IMG/VR virus record: IMGVR_UViG_637000224_000001 | Coordinates: 13,351 to 77,350 of that record | From: a virus | Lineage: Duplodnaviria > Caudoviricetes | DNA: 64,000 nt | Direction: 5' to 3' (one strand) | Shown here: in pieces, positions 38,852 through 47,661 of the stretch | Numbering within the stretch: the stretch's first letter is position 1 | Layout of the letters: each line of letters begins with the position of its first letter | Program-made: the position numbers and the translations under genes | Notes under the pieces: model-generated | Seen by the model: only the letters and a program-made list of their open reading frames with translations | Databases searched by the model: none | Told to the model about the DNA's origin: nothing

Positions 38852-39973
38852 ATGAGCCAGCTCCACCAGATACTGGTAGGCGACTGCATCGACATGATGC
38901 GCACGCTGCCAGATGAAAGCGTGCATACGTGCGTGACCAGTCCGCCCTACTACGGTCTGCGTGACTACGGCGTCGAGGGCCAGATCGGCCTGGAGGAAAC
39001 CCCTGCCGAGTTCATCGCTCGGTTGGTCGACGTGTTCCGCGAAGTGCGCAGGGTGCTACGCGCTGACGGCACGATCTGGGTGAACATGGGAGACAGCTAC
39101 GCCGGCAGCTGGGGCTCCCAAGGCAGGCCCCAAGGCGATGGCCAGATGTCCGGGCGTAGCGTTACGTCTGCTCGGCAGATCAATGAGCACCCCAGCTTCA
39201 AATCCGGTACCGGTGTACGCGGACGCGAGATGAGCATGAAGCCCAAGGATTTAATGGGCATGCCCTGGCGCCTGGCATTCGCCCTGCAGAACGACGGCTG
39301 GTATCTGCGGCAGGACATCATCTGGAACAAACCGAACCCGATGCCTGAGAGCGTGCGGGACCGGTGCACCAAGTCGCATGAATACATCTTCCTGCTGAGC
39401 AAATCGAAGAAGTACTACTTCGACCAGACGGCCATTCTCGAACCTTGTTCCCCGAACACCCATGCCCGTCTGTCTCAGGACGTTCAAGCGCAGATCGGCA
39501 GCGAGCGCGCCAACGGCGGAGCTAAGAGCAACGGCAACATGAAGGCGACTACGCGGAAGTCAAACGGTGTGGGCTGGGGTCACGGCACAGACGCCGACGA
39601 CCGCCAGCGCGGTAGGGTCAAAGACAACGAGTCAATGAACTCAGCCTTGGCGATCATGCCAACCGAGCGGAACAAGCGCAGCGTTTGGACTGTGGCCACA
39701 CACAGCTTCAAGGGCGCCCACTTCGCCACCTTCCCGCCCGACCTGATCAGGCCCTGCATCCTTGCCGGTGCGCCGCGCGGTGGCGTGGTCCTGGACCCAT
39801 TCGGCGGTGCCGGTACCACATCGCTGGTTTCGATGCAGGAAGGACGACGCTCAGTCATCTGCGAGCTGAACCCAGAATATGCGGCACTCGCCCGCGCCCG
39901 GATAGACGCAGCTTGGCTGGATGGCGCTGCTCAGATGGACGTGTTTCGGGACTCGGTACACGGGGCGGGATAG
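38852..39973 (+). CDS. DNA methyltransferase, N4-C/N6-A (beta class)
   Basis: Start ATG 38852; SPPYY, HFATFP, VLDPFGGAGTT. Confidence 0.93.
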   Translation: MSQLHQILVGDCIDMMRTLPDESVHTCVTSPPYYGLRDYGVEGQIGLEETPAEFIARLVDVFREVRRVLRADGTIWVNMGDSYAGSWGSQGRPQGDGQMSGRSVTSARQINEHPSFKSGTGVRGREMSMKPKDLMGMPWRLAFALQNDGWYLRQDIIWNKPNPMPESVRDRCTKSHEYIFLLSKSKKYYFDQTAILEPCSPNTHARLSQDVQAQIGSERANGGAKSNGNMKATTRKSNGVGWGHGTDADDRQRGRVKDNESMNSALAIMPTERNKRSVWTVATHSFKGAHFATFPPDLIRPCILAGAPRGGVVLDPFGGAGTTSLVSMQEGRRSVICELNPEYAALARARIDAAWLDGAAQMDVFRDSVHGAG

Positions 39974-39980
39974 CTGATTG

Positions 39981-40628
39981 TCACCATTTTCCATCACGGT
40001 TTCTAACCATTGCGAAAGATTTGAATGCCGGTCTTACTTTATAGCACTCGATCTTAGATAAGTTGTGGCCCAAAATATCTTGTATTTCCTTGCGACTGAT
40101 ATCTGAAGCAAAACCAACTACGACTTCAGCAAGGCAGATGCTGTCGCTAAATGACTCAAAATAAAGACCTGACTCTGGATCGGGTTTTCCTAGAGAGCCG
40201 AACAAACGAACTTCCTCTTCGTATCTCCAGTGGTCAAATTTCGTGAGAAATGCCTCCTCGACCCTCTGGTCTACTTTCTCTGAGTCCCAAGGACGATCTG
40301 GTCTGAAGTCGAGACGCTCGGAGACATAGTTTACAGCTGTAACGAACTTGTCGGGAATATCAAATCCCAAGCATATTCCGTTGTGCCTACCTGCGTAGTG
40401 TGCCCACTGAACCGGGCTGCTCATTGCTCGACTAAAACAGATCATGCCAGCTTCGGCAGCCGTAGACTTTTTGAATGACCCCATGCGTTTACGAAGTTCA
40501 CGATTATCTAGAGAGTGACAGAACAGCTCAAAGGGATCATTTACCGAGTCAAAAGTGGAAACTTTCAACCTGTTTTTTTCGAGAGCTTCGAGTCCGTATT
40601 TTTTGTTGAGGAAGTGATAGCAACGCAT
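39981..40628 (-). CDS. DUF2971-family protein (cargo)
   Basis: YHF, NDPFE, ICFS, QWAHYAGRHNGICLGF, VNY, KFDHWRYEEEVR. Confidence 0.85.
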   Translation of the reverse strand: MRCYHFLNKKYGLEALEKNRLKVSTFDSVNDPFELFCHSLDNRELRKRMGSFKKSTAAEAGMICFSRAMSSPVQWAHYAGRHNGICLGFDIPDKFVTAVNYVSERLDFRPDRPWDSEKVDQRVEEAFLTKFDHWRYEEEVRLFGSLGKPDPESGLYFESFSDSICLAEVVVGFASDISRKEIQDILGHNLSKIECYKVRPAFKSFAMVRNRDGKW

Positions 40629-40668
40629 TTCAAACTCTCCTGACTAAAAATATTGTCCTTTACAGACT

Positions 40669-40707
40669 AATACCCCACTTCAACGGCTCACGCCACCCCG
40701 GCGAGGA
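40669..40707 (+). repeat. Leader repeat family A (copies 40669, 41572, 55245)
   Basis: AATACCCCACTTCAACGGCTCACGCCACCCCGGCGAGGA; 38/39 identical at 55245-55283; degenerate at 41572-41609. Confidence 0.9.
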
Positions 40708-40713
40708 ATCTCC

Positions 40714-41571
40714 ATGTCTCCCTACAAAATGTCCGGGACGACGGTTGTCAGCTTTTCCGGTGGCCGGACCAGCGCTTACATGCTGCGCCAGGTGCTGGAC
40801 GCCAACGATGATCTGGACGATCTGATCGTCACGTTCGCCAACACCGGCAAGGAACACCCCGCCACCCTCGACTTTGTGAACGAGTGCTCACGGCGCTGGC
40901 AGGTGCCCATTATCTGGCTGGAGTATCGCGACGATGATCAAGGCTTCGCCATTGTCACCTACGAAACCGCCAGCCGCGACGGCGAGCCGTTCGAGGCTCT
41001 TATCCGCAAGCGCAGCTATCTGCCCAACCCGGTCACACGGTTCTGCACCATTGACCTCAAAATCAGGGTGATCCACAAATATCTGCGGATGGTTGGATGC
41101 TCCACTGAGGAAACCCCGGTCGACATGATGACCGGCATCAGGGCAGACGAGCCACGGCGCGTGGCGAAGATCCGGCACCGCAAGACCACGACAGAGAGCA
41201 AGCACGCGACGATGGTGATGCCGCTCGCAGATGCCGGTGTCGGAGTGCAGCAGATCGGAGAGTTCTGGAAGGCTCAGCCGTTTGATCTGGAACTACCGAC
41301 GATCAATGGCCGCACCCTGGAAGGCAACTGCGACCTGTGCTTTCTCAAAGGTGCAAAGCAGGTCTACTCAATCATCGCCAGTGACCGGAGCAAGGCCGAC
41401 TGGTGGGCTCGGATGGAGCGCACCGCGACCCAGAGTAGCGCCGCCACAACTGACGGCGCGCTGTTCCGTTTCGACCGACCGAGCTATCAGCAGATGCTCG
41501 ATTACTCGGACACCCAGTTCGATATGTTCGCCGACCACGACGAAGCCATAGCCTGCTTCTGCGGCGACTGA
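40714..41571 (+). CDS. PAPS-reductase family protein
   Basis: SFSGGRTS, FANTGKE, RFCT, GIRADE, GNCDLCFLK, C-terminal CFC. Confidence 0.88.
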   Translation: MSPYKMSGTTVVSFSGGRTSAYMLRQVLDANDDLDDLIVTFANTGKEHPATLDFVNECSRRWQVPIIWLEYRDDDQGFAIVTYETASRDGEPFEALIRKRSYLPNPVTRFCTIDLKIRVIHKYLRMVGCSTEETPVDMMTGIRADEPRRVAKIRHRKTTTESKHATMVMPLADAGVGVQQIGEFWKAQPFDLELPTINGRTLEGNCDLCFLKGAKQVYSIIASDRSKADWWARMERTATQSSAATTDGALFRFDRPSYQQMLDYSDTQFDMFADHDEAIACFCGD

Positions 41572-41615
41572 CCCCAAACTTCAACAACTTCACGCCGCCT
41601 CGGCGAGGATGAACT

Positions 41616-43670
41616 ATGTCCGCTCAACAGAAGAAACACCCCTTCGATTTTAAAACCCAGTACGGCCTTGGCTTCAATCCGCAAGACGATGAGATCGTTG
41701 TGGACTTCTTCTGCGGTGGCGGCGGCGCCGGTACCGGGCTGGAAATGGGCCTTGGGCGCACCGTCAGCGTAGCCAAGAATCACAGCCCGGCAGCGATCAG
41801 CATGCACACCGTGAATCACCCAGGTGCGAAGCACTTCACGACAGATGTATTCGACGGCGATCCGGATACCGAATGCGGAGGCAAGGCCGTGGGCTGGTTC
41901 CACATGAGCCCGGATTGCACCCACCACAGCCAGGCCGCTGGCGGGCAGCCGCGCAAGCGTGAGATCCGCAACCTGTCTTGGATCGGCTTGAAGTGGGGTG
42001 GCAAGAAGAGACCCCGCGTCATCAGCCTGGAGAACGTAAAGCAGATCCTGCAATGGGGGCCGCTGGTGGCAAAGCGTTGCAAGTCGACCGGGCGGGTCGT
42101 GAAGCTGGGCGGCGGCATTGCCGCACCTGGTGAGGTTGTGCCGGTCGATCAGCAGTTTCTGGTGCCAGACCCTGGGCGGCGCGGCCAGACGTGGGCGGTG
42201 TTCGTGGCCGAGTTGGAGCGCCTGGGCTATGTGGTCGAGTGGCGCGTGATCCGAGCGTGCGATTTCGGTGCGCCCACCAGCCGGGAACGCCTGTTCATGA
42301 TTGCCCGCTGCGACGAACAGCCGATCGTGTGGCCAGAGCCGACCCACGCCAAGCGCCCGGCCAAAGGCCAGAAGCCTTGGAGGACAGCCGCCGAGTGCAT
42401 AGACTTCACCGAGTTGGGCAAAAGCATATTCGGACGCAAGAAAGACCTGGCGCCGGCCACCTTGCGGCGAGTGGCCAAGGGCATGAAGAAGTTCGTCATC
42501 GACAACCCGGCCCCGTTCATTGTCCCGATTGCGAACTGGTCGGGCGAGACGGTGCAATCGGCCAAAGAGCCGCTGCGCACGGTGACTTCATATCCAAAAG
42601 GCGGCGCTTTCTCGGTCGTCAGCCCAGTCATTGCGCCGGCGACCCACCAGTGCAGCGATCGCATCAACGATCCGTTGGAGCCATTGCCGACAGTTACTTG
42701 CGCCAACCGTGGCGAGCTGACGCTGATCAGCCCTACCCTGATCCAGTCTGGCTACGGCGAGCGCGAAGGCCAACAGCCCCGTGTGCCAGGAATCGATCAG
42801 CCGCTGGGCACCGTTGTTGCTGGCGGCGTCAAACACGCGCTTGCCGCTGCGCACTTGGTGAAGTTCCGGTTTGACGATTCGGGCAAAGCGCTTGATGAGC
42901 CTCTGCCAACTATCACCAGCGGCGGCAACTACCAGCGGCCTGCTGGTGCAGCCCACGCGATGGGAGTGTCTACGGTGTTCATGGCTCAGATGAACGGTGG
43001 CTTCAACACGACGCACGCCAAGGGCGTCGACGAGCCAATGACGACGGTCACCAACACCGGAAGCCAGCAGCAACTGGTGGCCGCAAGCCTGGTGCACCTA
43101 CGCGGCAACTGTAATGCGCGGGACCCCGCCGATCCGCTGCACACCATTAGCGCCGGCGGCCAGCACCACGGCATGGTGACAGCGTTCATGGAGCGGCAGT
43201 TCGGTGCCAGCGTCGGTCAGTCGCTTGAAGAGCCTGCGCCCACCGTCACGGCCGGAGGCGGAGGTAAAAGCTCTGTCGTATCGCTCAGACTCTCCCCAGA
43301 GCATGAGGAAGGCGCACTGCGCGTCGCCGCGTTCCTGATCAGCTATTACGGGACCGAGAACGTCAGCAGCGCGGGCGAACCAGCGCCCACGATCACGACC
43401 AAGGATCGCTTGGCGCTGGTCACCGTCATGGTCAAGGGCACTCCCTACGTGATCGTCGACATCTGCCTGCGGATGCTCAAGCCGTCAGAGCTGTACAAGG
43501 CTCAGGGCTTCCCCGCCGACTACGTCATCACCCACGGCGCCGACGGCAAACCGTTCACTAAAACTCAGCAGGTTCACATGTGCGGCAACAGCGTGAGCCC
43601 GCCGCCGATGGCAGCCTTGGCCAAGGCTAATGACCCTTGGCGGGCAACCATGGCAGCTTTAGCAGCCTGA
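41616..43670 (+). CDS. C5 cytosine DNA methyltransferase with repeat-containing variable region
   Basis: DFFCGGGG (I), SPDC (IV), ENV (VI), RERLF (VIII), QGF and GNSV (IX/X). Confidence 0.93.
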   Translation: MSAQQKKHPFDFKTQYGLGFNPQDDEIVVDFFCGGGGAGTGLEMGLGRTVSVAKNHSPAAISMHTVNHPGAKHFTTDVFDGDPDTECGGKAVGWFHMSPDCTHHSQAAGGQPRKREIRNLSWIGLKWGGKKRPRVISLENVKQILQWGPLVAKRCKSTGRVVKLGGGIAAPGEVVPVDQQFLVPDPGRRGQTWAVFVAELERLGYVVEWRVIRACDFGAPTSRERLFMIARCDEQPIVWPEPTHAKRPAKGQKPWRTAAECIDFTELGKSIFGRKKDLAPATLRRVAKGMKKFVIDNPAPFIVPIANWSGETVQSAKEPLRTVTSYPKGGAFSVVSPVIAPATHQCSDRINDPLEPLPTVTCANRGELTLISPTLIQSGYGEREGQQPRVPGIDQPLGTVVAGGVKHALAAAHLVKFRFDDSGKALDEPLPTITSGGNYQRPAGAAHAMGVSTVFMAQMNGGFNTTHAKGVDEPMTTVTNTGSQQQLVAASLVHLRGNCNARDPADPLHTISAGGQHHGMVTAFMERQFGASVGQSLEEPAPTVTAGGGGKSSVVSLRLSPEHEEGALRVAAFLISYYGTENVSSAGEPAPTITTKDRLALVTVMVKGTPYVIVDICLRMLKPSELYKAQGFPADYVITHGADGKPFTKTQQVHMCGNSVSPPPMAALAKANDPWRATMAALAA

Positions 43671-43676
43671 GATACT

Positions 43677-43928
43677 TTACTCAGGTGTGGCGTATAGATG
43701 GCTAACACACGTACCGCAAACAGATCGCCCAAGCACGGCCGCTTTCGCTCTAGCGGTCTCCTCGGCAAGACAGCTCAGATTAATGGTCGATGTTTCATCA
43801 AATTTGGCTTTATTGCAGATCGAAGATTTTCGCGTAGAACACTCTCTTGGATCTGTACTGGTGAGCGTACCTTCGAATATATGGTGCTCGTTAGTTTCAT
43901 TTCGCTTCCGTATTGAGTAAGTGATCAT
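43677..43928 (-). CDS. Antisense cargo, small Cys-containing protein
   Basis: 83 aa, CGTC, tail-to-tail with the MTase. Confidence 0.6.
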   Translation of the reverse strand: MITYSIRKRNETNEHHIFEGTLTSTDPRECSTRKSSICNKAKFDETSTINLSCLAEETARAKAAVLGRSVCGTCVSHLYATPE

Positions 43929-44041
43929 TCCATAACCTCCACTAATAATGGCATTGCGCCAGTCTCGATAATGCCACTACCAAACGGTTATTCATACCCC
44001 TCCCAAACAACCTGAGCCCCTAGTGAGGCAAGGACAAACTC

Positions 44042-44356
44042 ATGCCCGAAGAAACGTTGATAGGTCCCGTCGAAGTCACCCGCGACGAGGACGGCTACTG
44101 GTATCACCCAGGCGTTCCGGATTTCGATGAAGACCATGCGGCCTACAAAGCCTGGCTTGATGCTCAGCAACTGAAGGTGGTCGGCTGGCACATGGACTCC
44201 GACCTTGAGTCGCCCCCCTACTGGGAAGAAGGCGCAGCCAACTGCCTCGGCTGGGAACCTGAAACACCCACTGCACCCGGCTGGTTTCTTCTGGGCATCT
44301 TCGATACGGACGACGGCCCATACGTGCAGTGGGCGCAGCGGCTGGTGACGCCATGA
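44042..44356 (+). CDS. Hypothetical phage protein
   Basis: AGGA RBS; VTRDEDGYWYHP. Confidence 0.7.
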   Translation: MPEETLIGPVEVTRDEDGYWYHPGVPDFDEDHAAYKAWLDAQQLKVVGWHMDSDLESPPYWEEGAANCLGWEPETPTAPGWFLLGIFDTDDGPYVQWAQRLVTP

Positions 44357-44997
44357 GCCAGGTCAAGGAAAGACCGATCCTGTTCAGCGCGCCGATGGTG
44401 CGCGCCATCCTGTCCGGCCAGAAGACAGTCACGCGGCGCGTGCTTAAGGTTCAGCCGCACATTGATGCGAGCGGTAATTTCTGCGTAGGTGGGGCCAACT
44501 ACGGGCAAGACATTTACGGCAAACCTGTGACAAACCACTTTGTCAGCAGTGACTGCCCGTACGGCCAACCCGGCGACCGTCTATGGGTGCGAGAGGCCTG
44601 GCAGGCTGATGCGCAGGTCAATGAGGTAGCGCCGCGAGAGCTGAGCCATGGTGAGCCGATCCGCTACCCGGCAGATGGTGCCTCAAGGCGAACGGGATGC
44701 TCGATGATCACGCCGGGTAAAACTCGGCCATCCATCCACATGCCGCGCTGGGCCAGCCGCATCCTGCTGGAGATCACCGCCGTGCGGGTCGAGCGCCTGC
44801 AAGAAATTTCCCGCAGCGACATCCGGGCGGAAGGATTGGAATGCCCGCCAGAACTGGCGAGCGACGACGTATCGCCGAATTATCGCGACTGGTATCCCGC
44901 CGCGTGGTGGGAGCTGTGGGAATCAATCAACGGGGCCGACTCTTGGAATAGCAACCCTTGGGTCTGGGTCGTCGAGTTCAAGCGCGTGAAGACCTGA
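44353..44997 (+). CDS. ASCH/PUA-like phage protein
   Basis: Start ATG 44353; ILFSAPMVRAILSGQKTVTRR, GDRLWVRE, PSIHMPRWASRI, NPWVWVVEF. Confidence 0.75.
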   Translation: MSQVKERPILFSAPMVRAILSGQKTVTRRVLKVQPHIDASGNFCVGGANYGQDIYGKPVTNHFVSSDCPYGQPGDRLWVREAWQADAQVNEVAPRELSHGEPIRYPADGASRRTGCSMITPGKTRPSIHMPRWASRILLEITAVRVERLQEISRSDIRAEGLECPPELASDDVSPNYRDWYPAAWWELWESINGADSWNSNPWVWVVEFKRVKT

Positions 44998-44999
44998 GC

Positions 45000-45212
45000 C
45001 TACCGCACTATGAATATCAGCTCTCCCCTGTCAGTCATCGCCATGCCGTACTTGAGCCGGCCCAGGTACTGCTGGTGCATTGAGTAGACCCGGTCATCGA
45101 TGATTCTGAAAATCATCGTTGTCTCAGACCAGATATTGCCGTCCACCGCCCGCCTGCCGAGCCTGGCATTGCGCGGGCCGTAAACCTCATCCGCCGTTGT
45201 GGTGCATTCCAT
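45000..45212 (-). CDS. Small conserved antisense protein
   Basis: Paralog at 58307. Confidence 0.7.
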   Translation of the reverse strand: MECTTTADEVYGPRNARLGRRAVDGNIWSETTMIFRIIDDRVYSMHQQYLGRLKYGMAMTDRGELIFIVR

Positions 45213-45330
45213 GACCTCTCCTTGGTGGTGTACCAGCTCCTGCTGGCTGCGTGGACCATAGCAGTGATCAGAGGCAGCTGCCTGATATCCCCTTCCCTAC
45301 AGAGCCTGCCGGCGATCGGCGGGCGGAGAT

Positions 45331-45798
45331 GTGCGCATGAGCAAAGCACCTATTGAGCCCCAGGACTACCTGTACGGCGTCAAGGTAGTCCAGATCGAAG
45401 ACCTTCGGGTAGCGCGCGGGCTGACTCGCCGGCCAGCATCTGCCTGCAAGCACAAGAAACTGGTTTACGACCACAACGAGCGGCGCGTCTGGTGCAGCGA
45501 CTGCGAGGCGGAGGTCGAGGCCTTTGACGCGTTTTTGGGGTTGGTCGAGGTGTTCAGCGCCGGAATGAACAACCTCGCGCGGCGCCGCAGCGAATTGGAT
45601 GAGGCGGAAAAATTCCAAATCCGTAGCCGGGCAGCCAAGGTAATGGACGACGCCTGGCGCAGCACAAAACTGGCCCCGCTTTGCCCGCACTGCAATACCG
45701 CGATCCTGCCCGAAGACGTAGCGGGCGGAATCGCCAAAACATCCAAAGCCCTGGTGAGTGCCGCACGTAAACGCCAAGGCCAAAAAAAACCGACTTAA
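45331..45798 (+). CDS. Hypothetical Zn-binding protein
   Basis: CKH, CSDC, CPHC; paralog at 58638. Confidence 0.75.
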   Translation: MRMSKAPIEPQDYLYGVKVVQIEDLRVARGLTRRPASACKHKKLVYDHNERRVWCSDCEAEVEAFDAFLGLVEVFSAGMNNLARRRSELDEAEKFQIRSRAAKVMDDAWRSTKLAPLCPHCNTAILPEDVAGGIAKTSKALVSAARKRQGQKKPT

Positions 45799-45878
45799 CC
45801 CCTTCCGCCGCCCAGCGCGGCCCACACTCATTTCAATATCTAACAATGGCGGTCCTGAGCGGGCTGCAGGAGCTACTT

Positions 45879-46094
45879 ATGGACGAAATTCACTTTCTGT
45901 CGCACGAAGAGGTGTGCACCCTAACCGGTGCCAAAACGAAAGCCGGGCAAATAGCCGTGTTAAAGCGAAACGGGATTCGGCACACGATCAAAAGAAGTGG
46001 TTGGCCGTGCGTCATAGCATCGGCGCTGACTGGCGAAGCCGTGACCACCACGACTTCAGGCAAACCTAAATGGCAGCCACGGCTGGTGGGATAA
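45879..46094 (+). CDS. Excisionase-like (DUF4224)
   Basis: Start ATG 45879; FLSHEEVCTLTG...Q...L...GI...G.P; abuts int. Confidence 0.8.
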   Translation: MDEIHFLSHEEVCTLTGAKTKAGQIAVLKRNGIRHTIKRSGWPCVIASALTGEAVTTTTSGKPKWQPRLVG

Positions 46095-47129
46095 ATGGGA
46101 AGGAAGCCGATTAATCCCGACAGCGTCACACGCCTCAGAAAGCGTAAACAGCGCAGCGGGGTCGTCTATTACTACTATGACATCGGAGGCTCACCGCGAA
46201 AGGAAATCCCACTCGGCTCGGACTATGGCATGGCGATCGTCGAGTACGCCAAGCTGGAGAAGAGCCGAACATCCTCGGCTCTCGTACAGCAGGTGCTGAC
46301 CTTCGCGTATGTCGCGCAGAAGTACATGATCGAGGTCGTGCCGACCAAAAGCCCGGCAACGCAGAAAGACAACGCCAGGGAGCTGAAGCAGCTTCTGAAG
46401 TTCTTCGACGATCCGCCAGCACCGCTGGAAGCGATCGAACCTCAACACGTCGTGCAGTACCTGCGCCAGCGCGGGAAGACTGCCCCTGTACGAGCAAACC
46501 GGGAGAAGGCGCTACTGAGTGCTATCTGGAATTTTGCGAGGAGCGCCGGCTACACAGCGCTGGCCAACCCATGCGCGGGCGTAAAGGGTCACAAGGAAGT
46601 TGGGCGAGACCATTACATCGAGGACGAGATGTTTGCTCTGGTTTACGGCCATGCGGAGCAACCTCTACGCGATGCTCTGGATCTGTTCTACCTGACCGGA
46701 CAGCGGATTGCGGACACGCTGAAAATGGACGAGCGCGATATACGCGACGGCCGGCTATGGGTTCAGCAAGGTAAGACGAATGCAAAAAGGAGGATTGAAA
46801 TTACAGGTGAGCTGAAGGTGGTCATTGACCGCATTATGACCAGAAAGGAAGGACACAGGATCCGCACCTCCAGGCTGATCGTCATGGATAACGGCCAGCC
46901 CATGACGAGCAGTATGTTGCGGGGAAGATTTGACGCGGCACGCGAGGCGGCCGGTGTGGAGAAGGGAGAATTTCAGATGCGAGACCTGCGAGCGAAAGCC
47001 GGCACGGATAAAGCTGAATCGAGCGGCGATATCCTTCAAGCCCGCGATCAGCTCGGGCACACCACCGTGGTGATGACCGAGAACTACATCCGCAAAAGGA
47101 TCGGGAAAAAGGTCACTCCAACCAAGTGA
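46095..47129 (+). CDS. int: Tyrosine integrase 1
   Basis: TGQR, QGKT, RDLR, LGH, ENY catalytic elements; next to att. Confidence 0.95.
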   Translation: MGRKPINPDSVTRLRKRKQRSGVVYYYYDIGGSPRKEIPLGSDYGMAIVEYAKLEKSRTSSALVQQVLTFAYVAQKYMIEVVPTKSPATQKDNARELKQLLKFFDDPPAPLEAIEPQHVVQYLRQRGKTAPVRANREKALLSAIWNFARSAGYTALANPCAGVKGHKEVGRDHYIEDEMFALVYGHAEQPLRDALDLFYLTGQRIADTLKMDERDIRDGRLWVQQGKTNAKRRIEITGELKVVIDRIMTRKEGHRIRTSRLIVMDNGQPMTSSMLRGRFDAAREAAGVEKGEFQMRDLRAKAGTDKAESSGDILQARDQLGHTTVVMTENYIRKRIGKKVTPTK

Positions 47130-47244
47130 ATTCTGCACCGCAATTATTTTTACCCCCTTGAATTTAAAGGGCTGCAAGGCAGGTAATTAACGTGTCATGC
47201 GGTGCAGGATTATTGCTAACCATCTGTTTATAAAGGATGAATTC

Positions 47245-47303
47245 ACGGACTTAAAATCCCTCGTCCTTTGGACGTGCCGGTTCGACCCCGGCTCGGGGCA
47301 CCA
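47245..47303 (+). repeat. att core: displaced 3' fragment of tRNA-Leu(TAA)
   Basis: ACGGACTTAAAATCC...GGTTCGACCCC...GGGGCACCA; anticodon arm, T-arm and CCA present, 5' half absent; repeated at 60552. Confidence 0.92.
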
Positions 47304-47308
47304 TTTAA

Positions 47309-47321
47309 AATCAAGGGCTTA
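47309..47321 (+). promoter_or_regulatory. IHF-site consensus in att arm
   Basis: AATCAAGGGCTTA matches WATCAA-N4-TTR. Confidence 0.6.
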
Positions 47322-47349
47322 CGCGCTTTATGTGCGTAGGCCCTTTTTG
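47312..47349 (+). terminator. Terminator-like hairpin after tRNA fragment
   Basis: GGGCTTAC...GTAGGCCC then TTTTT; covarying copy at about 60620-60658. Confidence 0.6.
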
Positions 47350-47485
47350 TTTAAGTTGCCGCAATTTTATATTCTTGCCGCAATTCTTTTTCGGATCCAT
47401 GCCCGCATTCCGCCGAAGAACGCCACTCCCCAAATCTGAAAGACTCAACCGCTGTATGCCATACAGAAATTGAGAATTACTCATC

Positions 47486-47605
47486 ATGAACATCGACTAC
47501 ACCGAAGGCTGGCCGTTCTGCCCTACGGAGGAGCAGATGCTCAAGCAACACGCTCATCTGGTATTGGAAAAAAACAGGCTATTGCGCGATGAGGTAGACC
47601 GATAG
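47486..47605 (+). pseudogene. Truncated SOS-type phage end gene
   Basis: MNIDYTEGWPFCPTEEQMLKQH...DR*; TAG where the 60793 paralog has TAT. Confidence 0.7.
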
Positions 47606-47661
47606 CTGCCCGCCGCCATGTTGCCAAGCAGCTCGACGCACTGCGCCTCACCATAGTAAGC

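Larger units (their letters stand above)
1..47303. mobile_element. Lambdoid siphovirus prophage 1 (left end outside window)
   Basis: Collinear tail, head, terminase, nin, replication, cro/cI, recombination, xis and int modules ending at a tRNA-Leu 3' fragment (att). Confidence 0.97.

Noticed and set aside
40714-41571. Dnd/Ssp phosphorothioation system
   Set aside because: PAPS-reductase family member only; no cysteine desulfurase, DndD-like ATPase or other partners recognised
43929-44040. Leftward TGGC-N17 promoter for the 43677 cargo
   Set aside because: Candidate hexamers exist but none at 17-bp spacing, so this slot was not counted in the promoter set
46975-47000. Integrase inactivated because HxxR reads RDLR
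   Set aside because: Both copies share it, all other catalytic residues are intact, and I recall this variant in related integrases
47245-47303. Functional tRNA-Leu gene (also 60552-60610)
   Set aside because: Only the anticodon arm to CCA is present; acceptor 5' strand and D-arm are absent, so these are att duplications
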